64,000 nt of DNA from Octopus bimaculoides (GCF_001194135.2 NC_068995.1:55489188-55553187), one strand, 5' to 3'; positions 40,627 to 55,176 are shown, numbered from the stretch's first letter. Notes: a model not told the origin generated them from the sequence alone. Program-made: numbers and translations.

Positions 40627-40694
<68 letters not shown>

Positions 40695-42517
40695 CCATAT
40701 CTAGTGTGGCGTGATGCAATGGCAGAATCGATCAAACGGCAGATTAACATGGCCGATGGTGTATTTTTGTTACGACCTATTACGTTCCCAATTCAAATCT
40801 TGTATTTCTTACCCCATTCCAGGAACAATCGAATATGTACGAAACGGGTAGGAATGTCTACATGATAAACTGGAACCAAATCTCACATTCCGACTCGAGT
40901 CACAATCATTTTGTGCCGATGCTGTAAATCGTTCTTGCCAGGTGTATATTTTCGTTTAAATGATGGAAGAAATGGAAAATGTCACGCTTCATCGCCACGT
41001 TAATGCAATCAGTAGTCCTATAACAAATATTGTGGTACAACGTGTAAGCTGGTCGAGAGACTGTCAAGAAGCCCCACCCATTTATCTCATGACAAAACTT
41101 ACAGTATTGTATATATTTTGACCAAAATTCATTAATCATAATTTCTGGGTATTGTTTGGAGGGAAACAATTTCCTATATTGCTTTGCAACCGAACTATAT
41201 GTATGTGTGTGTGTGTGTGTGTGTGTGATGCATTGTGTTGTGTATGTATCTATAGGTATCTCTCTATATATATGTATATATATATATGTATAAATATATA
41301 TAAATATATATGCATGTATATATATATGTGTGTATGTATATATGTATATACACACACATACACACATACATATATATGTATACACGCACACACACACACA
41401 CACACACACATACTCACAAATATATGTGGTTCTGCTGTAAAGCAACGTCGGATATTGTTCCCCTCCAAATGTCTGTATAATTTCTCAAAAATGATTAGTG
41501 TTTTTCTATTGGAAATATGTCAAATATATTCATTTGTTATCGCATTCGATTTTATACTATCTATAGAAAGAAAAAAAGTGCTTATATAAGTAAAGAAAAT
41601 ATCGATTCATTTAAGTAATGATATGCTTAAAATGTCCAAGGCAGAAATATTAATCTGATTATAATGGTCATTATATATGTGGAATGAGGTTGAGTTGTCT
41701 GGAAAAAAGAAGCGGAAAATCATTTGGTATAAAACAAAACTATTTGTTAAAAAGTAACAAGTAAAAGTAAGTCGAAAGCATTTAATACGAAACTATAAAT
41801 TATATACAATAGTAATGACTGGCAGGATAGAATAAATGAAGGAAAACAACAGCAAGAAACTATGATTAATGAATTTTCATCGAAATATGTACAATACCAT
41901 TGACTACTAAGAAGTTCGTCACGAGATAAGGCGGGAGTTTTTAGACAGTCACTCGATCAGCTATGTGTGTATCTATCTCTATATCTACCGAGAGAGAGCG
42001 AGAGAGAAGGGGAGGGAACTGAGAGAAACTTCTTAGGACTTTCTAGAGTTATTTCATTGGAATTGCAGTAAAGTCGAGCAGGAATTCTCTTTCAACAGTT
42101 ACATGTATTGAATCTTGAAGAATAAAATATATCTTGACTAGGAACAAAGAAACCGCTACACTTGTTATTTGAACACTCAACTCGCAGTTTACTCGCCTAA
42201 TACATTATCTGTTCAGATATTTTATGCAGGTAAACTTTTTGATGACTTGGGAAAAATATAAATGTCGACAGAAAGTTCATGATAATGACAATTTTTTGGT
42301 CTATGAACATAGAGTTTTGAATTTTTGTCTGAGAGTATGAAATGTATATAGAAAATCCTATAGGGATTTGAAGATTACTAGAGCTAGAACATATCGCTAG
42401 TTGGCATGCAGATAAACTCGTTAAAAGTTTTAATGCCAACACAGAAGTCATGGGAGCGGCAGTGATTTTCGTTTTACCATTATTTACTTTCATCCCTTCT
42501 TCGTTTTGAAGATAAAA

Positions 42518-42570
42518 ATCCCGCCGAGGTCGATTTGCTTTTCATTCTTTCGGGATCGATAAAATTAGAT
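42518..42570 (+). mobile_element. SINE family B, internal fragment
   Basis: cccgccgaggtcgatttgcttttcattctttcgggatcgataaaatta. Confidence 0.65.
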
Positions 42571-44087
42571 ACAATGTCTTCGGTTTGCTTGAAAAACTGA
42601 CAATGTAGCACTTCTTTTTCTTCTTTCCAGATATGCATCTATTTTTCTTTTTATTTTGTTTGTAATCCATTTCTGCTTCGATATATTCGTCATTGATTTT
42701 TCTATCTTCCCATATAAGCTTCTCTTCCATATTTCTTTACGTATTTTTCTACTCCCTATAATTGACAAGTGTGCTGTGTTTATTATATTGAGTCGCTCTC
42801 TGTCTCTTATTTATATACAGCCTACCGAAAATTCTCCATGAATGTAATCCGTTGTGCATTGTATAGCTCTTTCTGCTGCACCCATCCATTTCATCTATAC
42901 CATTTTTCGGCCACTCAAGGCAACCTGCATATCCTCTCAATATTACTTTTATCTAGGTATTGATCAATTAATCAATACATCAAATCAATAACTTTGGAAA
43001 TCAGCAGCTATACAGTAAAAGGCACAGCCTGTTCTTCATCTTACCCCGGCTATCAACTAACCTCGTGTTTCCACCACCTTCCTTTCAATCCATCCCTCAA
43101 TATTATTCAAAATTGCTTAATTTCGCGTTTGTAAAATTATCAGATTTCCATAGTTCTCAGTCTTCCCAACATAATGCTGACCCCTCCAATAATAGTCTCT
43201 CTATTGAGCTTCGTTTTTACTGGATGAGCGAGCCTTCATTTATATACACACACTCAACTTTACATCACGTTCTTCTTTACACTCCATCAATGACTTTCTG
43301 TTTTGACATCAATGACTGTGACTGTGAGATTTGATCTTCCCTCCCAAACTCTACTTGTAGCACATATATACTCACTCATTCACACACAACCACACACATA
43401 CACACACACATAGACGCGTGCACCAACACACGCACACACACAGATTCATGAAACTCTTGATAAAGACAAACTGCATTTAACATTTTCCTAAAATGCTAAC
43501 AGACTTTGGAATAATCCAATTTGTAATTATTGGAGTAAGCGTTGTACTTACCAATGAAAACTAGTTCCATCATTACTTTCGCCTAAGTGACACTCTGCTT
43601 TGCTCTTTCGCTCTTTTATAATGTATATGGTACAAGAATAACCAAATCAATAACAGGCAGACGTGGCGACAATAGATCTTTCTGACGAATGCCTAGTTTG
43701 ATCTCTGTTTCAACCAAAATCTTTCAACCAATTATTCATATCGGTTTGCCACGATCTCATTAAAATTATTGCATTGCCTCATGAATGTCAAATATTTTCA
43801 GTAATTCTGAATGCCAGAAAATGGAATTACAGCAAACGATCTTTGTTTGTAGATTTATTTCAATCGTAGGACCTTCTTATTCTTCATTTTCTAGAATATC
43901 ATAAAGTAATTCACTCGTAGTTCATGATATCCTTCGGCCAATTATCTATTCCTCATGATGCAAGACGTTTTAATTCCATTAAAATTATATCTTTAAAAAA
44001 AAAAAGAATATGTTTGAAGTTACTACATCAAAATCACACGCGCGCACACACGCATATACAGGCATATGTGTATAAATATATATTTAT

Positions 44088-44190
<103 letters not shown>

Positions 44191-44209
44191 TGTGTGTGTG
44201 TGTGTGTAA

Positions 44210-44600
44210 TAATAACACCTAGAAGGAGGTGTTTTTTCCATCCACTAAAGTGAATGGAGCTTTGGCCAGGAGGAACTGATGTCATTAGAAGGTATCTAAC
44301 GTTCATTAGGTATTTCGTCCCTGAACCGTAACGCCCTCCTGTTGGCGGGTCAGCAGAAGTGGCCAGGTCGCTGCCCATCATCTCCTCCTAGCTTCCAGCT
44401 TAACTGCTCTCTCTTGCTCCAACGTCAACAAGAGGCGCTTTCAGCTACCTCTTCCATCCTGCACTCAGACACCCTTCGCTCCTTTCCAATGCTTGTAAGC
44501 ATCTTCCATGCCGACTGGGCAGGGAACTTGATGGCTTACATTGAAGAATCGTCCATCAAGTTTATTCACAGCTTACAGCTTCCCAACCAGACAATGTATA
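44210..44600 (-). mobile_element. HERO-like RLE LINE 3' end
   Basis: Minus frame FPAQSAWKMLTSIGKERRVSECRMEEVAESASC*RWSKREQLSW resembles the GFxxQS...AAERASxWLWxKR C-terminus of HERO-clade elements (recalled, not searched). A GC-richer 3'UTR-like tract follows. Confidence 0.6.
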
Positions 44601-45480
44601 TGCTAATTAAACATATCGTATATGCATTCCATGTACCTATTCATATATAAGAACGTTGTGTTAGTACGTCTCTTATCATAAATATATTTTGCTATAAAGG
44701 AAATTGGATCAGCTGTTTTATTTTCTTTTCCATATCGAACCAGAGAAGGAATCAATCAGCACACTACAAACAGCAGCTAAATCTCCCTAAAATAATCGAA
44801 CTCTCCCGACGTAAGTAAGAGAAGTACACTTCAAATAATGTTATCTTGAGTAGCTTTATAAAGACAAAATGGACATGGTTTGCTTCTCTTTGATCATATT
44901 TCTACTCGATCATACTAGATTTGGTATTAAACAACAACAACAACAACAACAACAACAGCTCGATAAATTCAATCATAACTTTAACAAAAAATCGAACGAA
45001 TATATTTATTTTGGAAATATTTTAAGATACATAGAATTTGCTATTTCATCAAAAATACGACGACGACATGATATAATCAAATTTTGGTGTAGACTTTTTT
45101 TTTCTTTACCTATATAACCGGAAAAGTTATATGGCGTGCAGATATTAAAACACTATGCGTTGTCGAAAGGAAGATAAATGAGTCTAAGCATAATATAAAC
45201 ATGGAATCTTCAATCATTACTAATATAGTTTATAAGGACGTGAAAACGGAATATCCAACGCCAATAAAACATCGGCAACAACTTCAGCAATAATAATGTT
45301 TTCCATTTATATGTAAAAATAGAAATTATAAGATGAGAATACGAACAACAAAACCTAAACAAGAAAATTAACAACAAACAACAATAAAATTAAGATTCCT
45401 GATATCGGATTACTTGGGAGACAATGGTCGTCCAGTATTTTCTCTGATACTTATTTCATACATATTTCAAGCTTTTTTCT

Positions 45481-45520
45481 GGTTCAATCCCACTGACAGT
45501 GGTTCAATCCCACTGACAGT
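45481..45520. repeat. Exact 20-bp tandem duplication
   Basis: (ggttcaatcccactgacagt)x2. Confidence 0.97.
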
Positions 45521-45559
45521 GCGAGAAAGAGAGAGAGGGAGAGGAAGAGGGTGTGTGAG

Positions 45560-45602
<43 letters not shown>

Positions 45603-45841
45603 ACGTGTGAGCATGCGTGTTTGTGAGTGTGTGGGTGTGTTTGTGCGTGTGTCTGAGTGCGCGCGCGCACGTGTATGTGTATCGTCTGCCTTAGCAAAAG
45701 AGACCATTAAAATAATTAGACACAGATTAAATTTAAATGTTGAATTGAATCTAACGGTTTTTGTGTGTTTTTTTAAATGACTTATAAACACTTACCACGC
45801 TGCAATTGTTNNNNNNNNNNNNNNNNNNNNNNNNNNNNNNN

Positions 45842-45887
<46 letters not shown>

Positions 45888-46167
45888 GCGTGCTACAGCA
45901 ATACGCCGTGAGCATCTAATCCAGAAGCTATGCTTATAAATACTTTTGAAAATTGTCTAAAGGTAAAGTACTGAAATGTTCTCAAATTATAAGGTATTTC
46001 GCTCTTTAACAAGAACAAAAATACCAAAGTCTTCTCACCTTTCCATGCAACGAGTGCACACAAACATGACACCAAATAAAACGCTCCTTTTAGAAAGTAA
46101 TCCGGTATTTTTTCCGAAATTTACGAGCTCGTAAACTACACGTCTGTCGCTGGTAACTTGCATCCAA

Positions 46168-46469
46168 TAATAATGGTAGTGATGACGATGATGATGATGA
46201 TGATGATGTTGATGATGATGATGATGATGGCGATGGTGGTGGTGGTGGTGGTGGTGGTGGTGGTGGTGGTGGTAGCGATGATGACGACGGTCATGGTAGA
46301 AATAACGACAAATACAACAAGGACAACCACAAGAAGAAGACGGAGAGCAACAACAACAACAATAATGATAAAAACAACAGCAATAAAAATAATAATGATA
46401 AAAATAACAATAACAACAACAACAATAATAATAATGATAATGATGCTAATAATAACAACAACGATACTA

Positions 46470-46506
<37 letters not shown>

Positions 46507-46525
46507 CGACGATAATAATAATAAC

Positions 46526-46569
<44 letters not shown>

Positions 46570-46585
46570 TAATAATAATAGTGAT
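46168..46585. repeat. Compound trinucleotide array (GAT/GGT/AAC/AAT)
   Basis: Read directly; explains the poly-M/V/T/I ORFs in the track. Confidence 0.95.
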
Positions 46586-46955
46586 GGCCGCTACATTTAC
46601 ATGGAAGAGCAGGAAATTTGAATCTGATTAAGCTGTACTGCTGTCATCGTTGAAATGATGATAGGGTTTTAAATATATATCTTCAATCCATCTCGGTGGT
46701 TTTGCCATTAAGAAAAAGTAATGGAAAATATTTATCATCTTTCTCTTGGCCTAGCTACCGTGAGACAGAAAACCGATGAGATTTGGTTAATAATATGAAT
46801 AATAGTTTTGTGGACAAACGGCACATTGCATGTATGTGTAATCAAGGGAGAGAAATATATATATATATGCGAGTGTCTCTCCGTACAACTGGTGTGTGTA
46901 TGCTTCTCTGTATATGCATGCGTGTGAGGGCTCCTGTTTGTGTGCATGCATATAC

Positions 46956-46987
<32 letters not shown>

Positions 46988-47073
46988 ATATGTGTGTGTA
47001 GATGTGTCTAAGATATATATATATAATTATATGCGAGAAAAGGTTGAGTACTATTTCATCCCTTACTTTGTAG

Positions 47074-47121
<48 letters not shown>

Positions 47122-47663
47122 NNNNNNNNNNNNNNNNNNNNNNNNNNNNNNNNNNNNNNNNNNNNNNNNNNNNNNNNNNNNNNNNNNNNNNNNNNNNNNN
47201 NNNNNNNNNNNNNNNNNNNNNNNNNNNNNNNNNNNNNNNNNNNNNNNNNNNNNNNNNNNNNNNNNNNNNNNNNNNNNNNNNNNNNNNNNNNNNNNNNNNN
47301 NNNNNNNNNNNNNNNNNNNNNNNNNNNNNNNNNNNNNNNNNNNNNNNNNNNNNNNNNNNNNNNNNNNNNNNNNNNNNNNNNNNNNNNNNNNNNNNNNNNN
47401 NNNNNNNNNNNNNNNNNNNNNNNNNNNNNNNNNNNNNNNNNNNNNNNNNNNNNNNNNNNNNNNNNNNNNNNNNNNNNNNNNNNNNNNNNNNNNNNNNNNN
47501 NNNNNNNNNNNNNNNNNNNNNNNNNNNNTATATATATTACATATATATATATATATATTACATATATATATATATAAATGTATATATAGACACATATATA
47601 TATACACATGCGCACATACACTTACATACACGCATACATACATACATACATTACATACATACG

Positions 47664-47695
<32 letters not shown>

Positions 47696-48595
47696 TTTGT
47701 GTAAAGAGGGATCTCTCAATCTTTCTCTTTATTCTGTATACATGGATATATATGTGTGTGTGTATGTATGTATGTATGTATGTATGTATTTAAAGAGAGA
47801 CATTGATATATATATATCATGAATGTTAAGAAGATTCCTGTGTAAATAACCATGTCAGTATAGTCTATCTTGCGTGACTTTCAACATCGAAAACTAAAGT
47901 CATTTCTTACCGATATATAAAGGAACGGTGAAAACAACACGAAAATGAATATTGCTTTATCGTTCTTTCAGTTGACGTGTTTCTATGGTTGTGAGAAAAA
48001 TCTATTGAAAGAGCCAATTTCCTGCTAACACCTGAAGTAGTACCAAAGTTTTTGGAAATTAAAGCTAATCACTATTCTGCTCTTTTGTGCTTTTCGCTCT
48101 TCTTTTCCTTTCTTGGTTTCGTTTATTATTACATTTTTTTTTATTTTTACGATATTTCTTCATTTTCTTTCTTGACTGTTTTTCTTCGTTTTCTTACGCA
48201 GATATTTATTGTGTATATGTTGTTGTTGTTGTTTTTCGAAGACATATGTATAGAATGATACAATCCCTCTCTCTCTCTCTTTCTATCTCACTCATTCTCT
48301 CTCTCTCTCTCATGCACACACAGGCACACACACCTCCGATCTCGCTCTCTCCCATTGGCACATACAAGGAAGATTCACATTCACAATGAAATGCATGCGA
48401 AGACATACATACTGACAGTTTATATCAAGAAATAAACACATTAAACAGGAAACAAAGTTCTCATATAGGTGTAATGAGGTATGTGTGTGTATGTATATAT
48501 ACAAGTATATATATATATATGTGTGTGTATGTGTGTGTAGTTATATACATATATGTATTTATCTCTACATATATATATACATGTATATATGTATA

Positions 48596-48648
<53 letters not shown>

Positions 48649-49829
48649 NNNNNNNNNNNNNNNNNNNNNNNNNNNNNNNNNNNNNNNNNNNNNNNNNNNN
48701 NNNNNNNNNNNNNNNNNNNNNNNNNNNNNNNNNNNNNNNNNNNNNNNNNNNNNNNNNNNNNNNNNNNNNNNNNNNNNNNNNNNNNNNNNNNNNNNNNNNN
48801 NNNNNNNNNNNNNNNNNNNNNNNNNNNNNNNNNNNNNNNNNNNNNNNNNNNNNNNNNNNNNNNNNNNNNNNNNNNNNNNNNNNNNNNNNNNNNNNNNNNN
48901 NNNNNNNNNNNNNNNNNNNNNNNNNNNNNNNNNNNNNNNNNNNNNNNNNNNNNNNNNNNNNNNNNNNNNNNNNNNNNNNNNNNNNNNNNNNNNNNNNNNN
49001 NNNNNNNNNNNNNNNNNNNNNNNNNNNNNNNNNNNNNNNNNNNNNNNNNNNNNNNNNNNNNNNNNNNNNNNNNNNNNNNNNNNNNNNNNNNNNNNNNNNN
49101 NNNNNNNNNNNNNNNNNNNNNNNNNNNNNNNNNNNNNNNNNNNNNNNNNNNNNNNNNNNNNNNNNNNNNNNNNNNNNNNNNNNNNNNNNNNNNNNNNNNN
49201 NNNNNNNNNNNNNNNNNNNNNNNNNNNNNNNNNNNNNNNNNNNNNNNNNNNNNNNNNNNNNNNNNNNNNNNNNATATATATATATATATTCAATATATTC
49301 CTTGATAGTTTTGAACTATCCAGCTTGAGATTGAATGGTAGATTTCCATTTCAATTTACATCATTCACTTTTCTCTCCGTATTAAAAAATAAAAGACAAA
49401 GGTATGAATATACGGGTTATGTTGACTTTAGAGCGACTTCATCTCATTCTAAATTAACAGCTTCTCATTGCCACACATTTCTGTTTCTGCTAAGAAAGGA
49501 GATTTGCTAACATCATGTACCAAGTATGTAGATAGAAAAGTACACCATATCGAACGGAGAACCATCGCTCGCTATTGGTGGAAAATTTAGTGACAGTGAG
49601 CATGAATTGAGCTCGTGCCTGAGTAATATCCGCGCCTCTTGTAATAGCCGAATGATATTTAAAGCCAATATGTTTCTGCCCGTTTCTGCTACAGTAATGT
49701 TGTATACAACGCTCAGTTGACTAAATGACTACAATCCACTTTTCTATGCTTTTCGTCAAAGTTTACGCCATTCACCACGACCAAACGAAAAAAGAAACTA
49801 CGTGACTCTGTCTCTTTAGCTCTTAGCTA

Positions 49830-50010
49830 AGACCCTGTTCCTGGTCAGTTGGTTATCAGCCTACAGCGCTTGGCCACTGCCTACTATCCATATGTCAAGC
49901 AGCAAGCCATAACTCAGAGCATGATAATCCTAGCCTACGAACGCCAGGTGTCCTTCCACCGAGTATTAACACTGGAGATGTCGGACCTACAATTTGTTTT
50001 TGGTGAGACA
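49830..50010 (-). mobile_element. Possible RTE-type LINE 3' relic
   Basis: Minus readings RHLQC*YSVEGHLAFVG and RLGLSCSELWLAA*HMDSRQWPSAV resemble the GRPxxRWxDxVxxDL...DRxxWRxxV end of RTE ORFs. Locally raised GC. Confidence 0.35.
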
Positions 50011-50619
50011 ATGTACTAAGCTAAGTAAGACTTATGCACACGGCTTTCTTCTTTCAGTTTACTGCTGGCTAACGATGGCAAAACGGAAGGCTAGAAGGTG
50101 TCAAACACATGGCTCACCTTGCTTACAATAGACGCATCACAAGGAAGATTTTGACGCAGAAGAGGAAAAGCTTTTGTCATAAATTTACATTCATTTTCTT
50201 AAAAGCATTGAAAAAATTAATGAAGAAATTAAAGGGGCTGTAGACCAACCATCACACCGTGGTCACTCGGTGTTTTCCTTAAAACCAAATCCCATATTCT
50301 AAGGTGCAGAAGGATATATCAGATAGTATGCTCCGACAAGGAAACACCTAAAAATACGGGTCAACACGGGAATAATTTTCAACATAGAGCTGCTCTGGTG
50401 GAACTAATTTGGTGTTAAATAACAGCAACTGTATTTTCTTTATATTAGTTGAGATTGTGTTTATATATTAATAATATAAGGTAGAGAAGATTGCAACGTC
50501 CGAACTATGACCTGCAGCTCATTAATAACCAATATCTTAAAATAATCCAGACTAGAAGACACTGCATGCCGCTCTTTATATTTTTGTTGTTTTATTTTAA
50601 TGGTTCTAATCAATAGATT

Positions 50620-50818
50620 GACGGCGATGAGCTGGCAGATTCGTTAACACGTCGGACAAAATGGTTAGTGGCGTTTATTCCGGCTCTTAACATTCTGAGT
50701 TCAAATTGCGCTGAGGTGCTTTGCCTTTCATCCTATCGAATGTGATAAAATAAAGTACCAGTCAAGTACAGGCGTCGATCTAATCGACTGGTCCCTCTCT
50801 TCAACGCTTCTGGCCATG
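50620..50818 (+). mobile_element. SINE family B, near full length
   Basis: gacggcgatgagctggcagattcgttaacacgtcgg..ttctgagttcaaattgcgctgagg..gcctttcatcc..taaagtaccagtcaagtac..gtcgatctaatcgactgg. Confidence 0.85.
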
Positions 50819-51165
50819 AACCCTGCCACGGATTGGTGTCCTGTTCAGAAGAATTGATCTAATCTCCGTCACTTATAGGCCATGGAAATGGAAACCGGGT
50901 AACCGCCTTTATGAGTTCTAGGGTTCGAAAACAAACAAAGTCATTAGGTTGCCACCATGCTGGGTATGAAGCGTCTTAGTTGAGGATGTTGCCTCCATCA
51001 TTTTGTCTCGTAAAGAAGGCATGATATAAACAACCAGTCCATATGTAGGAAATGATGCGAGTGTCTGCGTCTGTGCAGACGTTAGTGTCTCCTAGTGGAT
51101 GACGACTACGGCAGAACATATTTCTTTCAGGGCTTGTTTCTAATTTCGTGTGTAGGTGTATGTAT

Positions 51166-51219
<54 letters not shown>

Positions 51220-51945
51220 ACTATGACACCTACCTGTTCACATGTAGGTGTGAGGTTATGTATTGTGCCTTCAGATGCATTTCTATGCGTATGAATGTGT
51301 GAAGAAATGATTAGTTGATATATGTGTGTACTATGAAATGGATGTGAATTACATAGATCGGTTTGAATTTATGTGCCAAACATTTTGAGAGTGTCTGTAC
51401 GTGGGTTTCAGTTGATGCATAAATGTTTTATCATGTTAACATGCATTCGTGTGTCAGAGAGAAAGAAAGAAAGACAGACAGAGGTCACGTGTGTGGCAGT
51501 GAAGCTTGCTAGTGTGCGTATCCATTGATTTATCATACATGTGTGCTCGCGTTGGAGGGTGTGATTTATCATGTTAATTTAATTGCGTGTGTGAAAAAAT
51601 ACGAGTGTTCTTGTGTGGGAGACAGAAGGTGAGAATGAGAGAGATTATGTATGTGACGTTAGGTGATGTATCCTGCTGGTTTAAGTGGGTATGTGAACAA
51701 CAGGTTATAGCGTAAATGTCCGAGAGTGTGTGTGTGTGTGATTTATTTCACTAATACATACGCGCACCCCCGCCCCGTATATATATTCATATATATGTAT
51801 ATATATTCATATATATGTATGTATATATATATGTATATATACACATACATATATACTTAGATACATACATATATACATACATATAGATACATGTACATAT
51901 ATATACACATACACATATACTTATATACATACATATAGATACACG

Positions 51946-51977
<32 letters not shown>

Positions 51978-52888
51978 GACATACATACATATATACATAC
52001 ACACACACATATATATACATATACACACGCACATATATACATGCACACGCATATATACATACAAACGCACTCATATACACACACACGTATGTGTCCATTC
52101 TTTATTTCGCCGTCATGTATCTTAGATTCAAAGTCACAGTTTCCACTAATGTTTTACACAGCGGTGAACACAGATGACCGAAACGAAAACAAAATATAAA
52201 GAAAAAAAAGAAGAAAATGTTAAAAGGTAGAAGATCGGCAAATAAGTTGCAAGATGATATTGAAGTATTAAATTAGACAATCGAAAACCCAATATTGTCA
52301 ACTGAAGCCGTCTTTTGGAGCATTCCAGAGCAGCAAAATAATAAAAGAGCTTAATGGAAGAAGAAATAAAATAAGATATTGATCCTCCAAAGAAATGTAA
52401 GTATGATGAGCAAATAATAAACCTCGAATTGGATTGATTCCGTTAAACCTGCGGTCTCTACTTATCGTATGATCTCATTTAGTTTTCTCCCCATTTTATT
52501 AAGCTATTTAAATTTCGGTGTGACTCTACAACATTGGAACGAAAATATATTATTAGAACTGAAAATATCTAGCAGCACTCTAAGTGTCAGAAGCCTTCAG
52601 TTAGTCAACAAATAATCTAAACTTGAAAATCTTTCGAATAATTGATCGGTTCAAGGCTTTCTGCTCTTACAAAGGCCAATCCCGTTCACTGTAGGAATTT
52701 GTTCAAACGAAACACGTGATTCAGATTCAAAACTATAGAATAATTTATATCGTTTGCATAGATTGGACGTTGCCAAAAGTACCACCTAACCAACAATAGG
52801 TTTTTCTATGTAAGGAAAAGAGAGAAATTTACTAAATATCAGCTGAATATTGCAAAACGGTTAAAAAGCTGATACTCTTCTGAAACGA

Positions 52889-53380
52889 TATAGAGGGTGG
52901 TGCAAAAGTATGCCTACAGTTGTACAGTTGTATATTTTTATCTTTTCATTTAAAAAACATTGTACAATGTTTGTCCCGTAAATGCTCAAAATGTCCGCCC
53001 TAAACATTGATACATCCTTGGCGTCTATCTGCCACACTGTGACACACACGATGACACAGACCCTGCTCAGTTCATTAGGCCTCTGTTATGAACCCATGTA
53101 GTTGAGGCAGAGTGCATGGTTTTCTCTGGACTAAGTTCTCCTTAACAACATCCCAGAAAAAAAAAATTCGTGGGTGTTAGTTCTGGGGAATGGGGTGGCC
53201 ATTCAATACCTCTACGTCACCCAATCCACCTCCCTGGGAACGTTTCACTGAGGAAATTACGCACATAAATTGCATCATGCGCTGGTGCCCCTTTCCTGTT
53301 GGGATAACACATCACCAAAGTTGGGAATAGCCTGCATTGTGGGCACCGCTTCCTTGCGCAAAATAAAAGGTTAATTCTTT
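52889..53380 (-). mobile_element. Decayed mariner-type transposon 3' end with one TIR (rosa-like DD41D spacing)
   Basis: Minus strand reads QQ(D)GAPAHDAIYVRNFLSETFPGRWIG*RRGIEWPPHSPELTPTNFFF and later LCHRVCHSVADRRQGCINV*GGHFEHL. At the left end, TA is followed by a TIR-like tagagggtggtgcaaaagtatgcctacagttgt (52891-52923). Confidence 0.85.
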
Positions 53381-53490
53381 ATTGCAATTTCGAAGTTAGG
53401 AACCTAAAGGTCGTATTCTTCTTTTTAGGAGAATATTCCTGTAGATATAGATAGACAAAAAAACATAGATAGATAGATAGATAGATAGAT

Positions 53491-53636
53491 ACGACGGGCT
53501 TCTTTCAGTTTCCGTCTACCAAATCTACTCACAAGTCTTTGGTCGGCCCGAGGCTATAGTAGAAGACACTTTCCTAAGTTGCTGACTGAACCGCGAACCC
53601 TGTGGTTGGGAAGCATGCTTCTTACCACGCAGCCAT
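53491..53636 (-). mobile_element. SINE family A, 5' half
   Basis: acgacgggcttctttcagtttccgtctaccaaatctactcacaag...cttaccacgcagccat, close to 10691-10845. Confidence 0.9.
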
Positions 53637-53643
53637 ATTCATA

Positions 53644-53720
<77 letters not shown>

Positions 53721-54412
53721 ATTTGCATGTATATACACTTGGAAGTTCCCATTCAGTTACCTTTCTATCACATTCCACTGAGAACTTATCAATCATTGAT
53801 CAATACATTGATACAGTAGAAGACATGTCCATTGTACCGCGTAGAAAGGTCGATCCCGAAAACACTACGTCGCGAAACAGCCTTCAAAATCACACACCCA
53901 TTAATAGTAAAACATATTTTCTCTGAAAGTTGTTAGAAAGTTACCATATAGTGAGAATTTATGCAGCAAACATTGTTTCCTGTCAACTCCAATATTTTCT
54001 GCTATCGACATTAAATTTAATTAATACCAAAATGTGTGATGGCTTAGAGAAACTAATCTAACGTCCACATTTTTGACGTTGCACTAGCTGAAGTGATATT
54101 TAGTCAGGCAGTTGGTAAAATCCACAAAAACATTTTCTTTTCTTTAATGATCTGTAAACGTGATTAAACGGGAAAAAACAATCAATCAGCTATTACGAAT
54201 TAGTTTATCCTATGTTTGAAAATTACACAGAAAATTCCCATCGATAATTTAACAAACTACTAACTGAAGTTGTACATCATTTATTTCGAAATGTTAGAAT
54301 TACTGATTAAATATTTGCAAGGCCTCTTGATAAGTCGTGTGTCAAATGCTATCATTTAGCTTTTTTCTGGTTGATTACATTTCCTTCGAAAAAAGTACAA
54401 GTTTAATGTGAC

Positions 54413-54472
<60 letters not shown>

Positions 54473-54624
54473 CGATGATGATGATGATGATGATGGTGAT
54501 GACGACGACGACGACGACAATGCTGATTATGGTAATCCTTTCAGTTATAAGCACAAAGCCTGAAATTTTAGGGGAGGGTACTAGTCGATTATGATTATGC
54601 AGTTGGCTAGCAAAAGTCATAAGC

Positions 54625-55170
54625 AATTACTTTGGAGAACTACTAAAACATGCTGCTTCAGAATTAGGACTTACTTCGAGTAAACTTGAAGAGGAGAAAG
54701 TATACCAAAACAGGATAATTTGGGAAAAGAAGGAGGCTCAAAAACAAATGCTTTTACAAGAACATTTTCACAGAGATGCCAAGAATTGGATAAAACCATG
54801 ACTCGTCTAGGAATGGCACCGACGTAAAGACATAAGGACAGTTACTGAAAGTGTTGTGACGACTCGTCACGATCAAGTTGTAAACACTTGTTCCCTATGC
54901 AATAGTATTTACTCCACTGCTTCAACGAAGAGTTACCATCCATGTATTCGGTGAGTGGAATATATTTTAAAGTGTTAACCGAGAAAGAAAAAACAACATC
55001 ATGATAAGGTTTATTTCAAATTATAGCGAGCATTTTGTAAATAAATATGAATACAATACTACAGAGAGCAGAATCATAAACTAGAAAAGACTCCAACGAA
55101 CCTGGAAGAAAAACAAACATTCCGTGGGACTTTGACATCCGGACAGAATAATTTTAACATAGCAGGCTAC
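54625..55170 (+). mobile_element. Highly decayed R4/Dong-like LINE fragment (post-RT linker to endonuclease start)
   Basis: Readings include RTVTESVVTTRHDQVVNT (ETExxIxAAQDQ-like), CSLC, QHHDKV (RHDxV-like) and IPWDFDIRTE (ILWDFxIxTD-like). Truncated by a SINE at about 55177. Confidence 0.6.
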
Positions 55171-55176
55171 ATAACA

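Noticed and set aside
44744-44810. Plus-strand 67-nt exon candidate (RRNQSAHYKQQLNLPKIIELSR)
   Set aside because: Good splice signals, but isolated, with no phase-compatible partner I could support.
49832-50002. 171-nt symmetric plus-strand exon candidate (PVPGQLVISLQRLATAYYPY...)
   Set aside because: The antisense reading resembles an RTE LINE C-terminus, the acceptor is mediocre, and no homolog is recognised.
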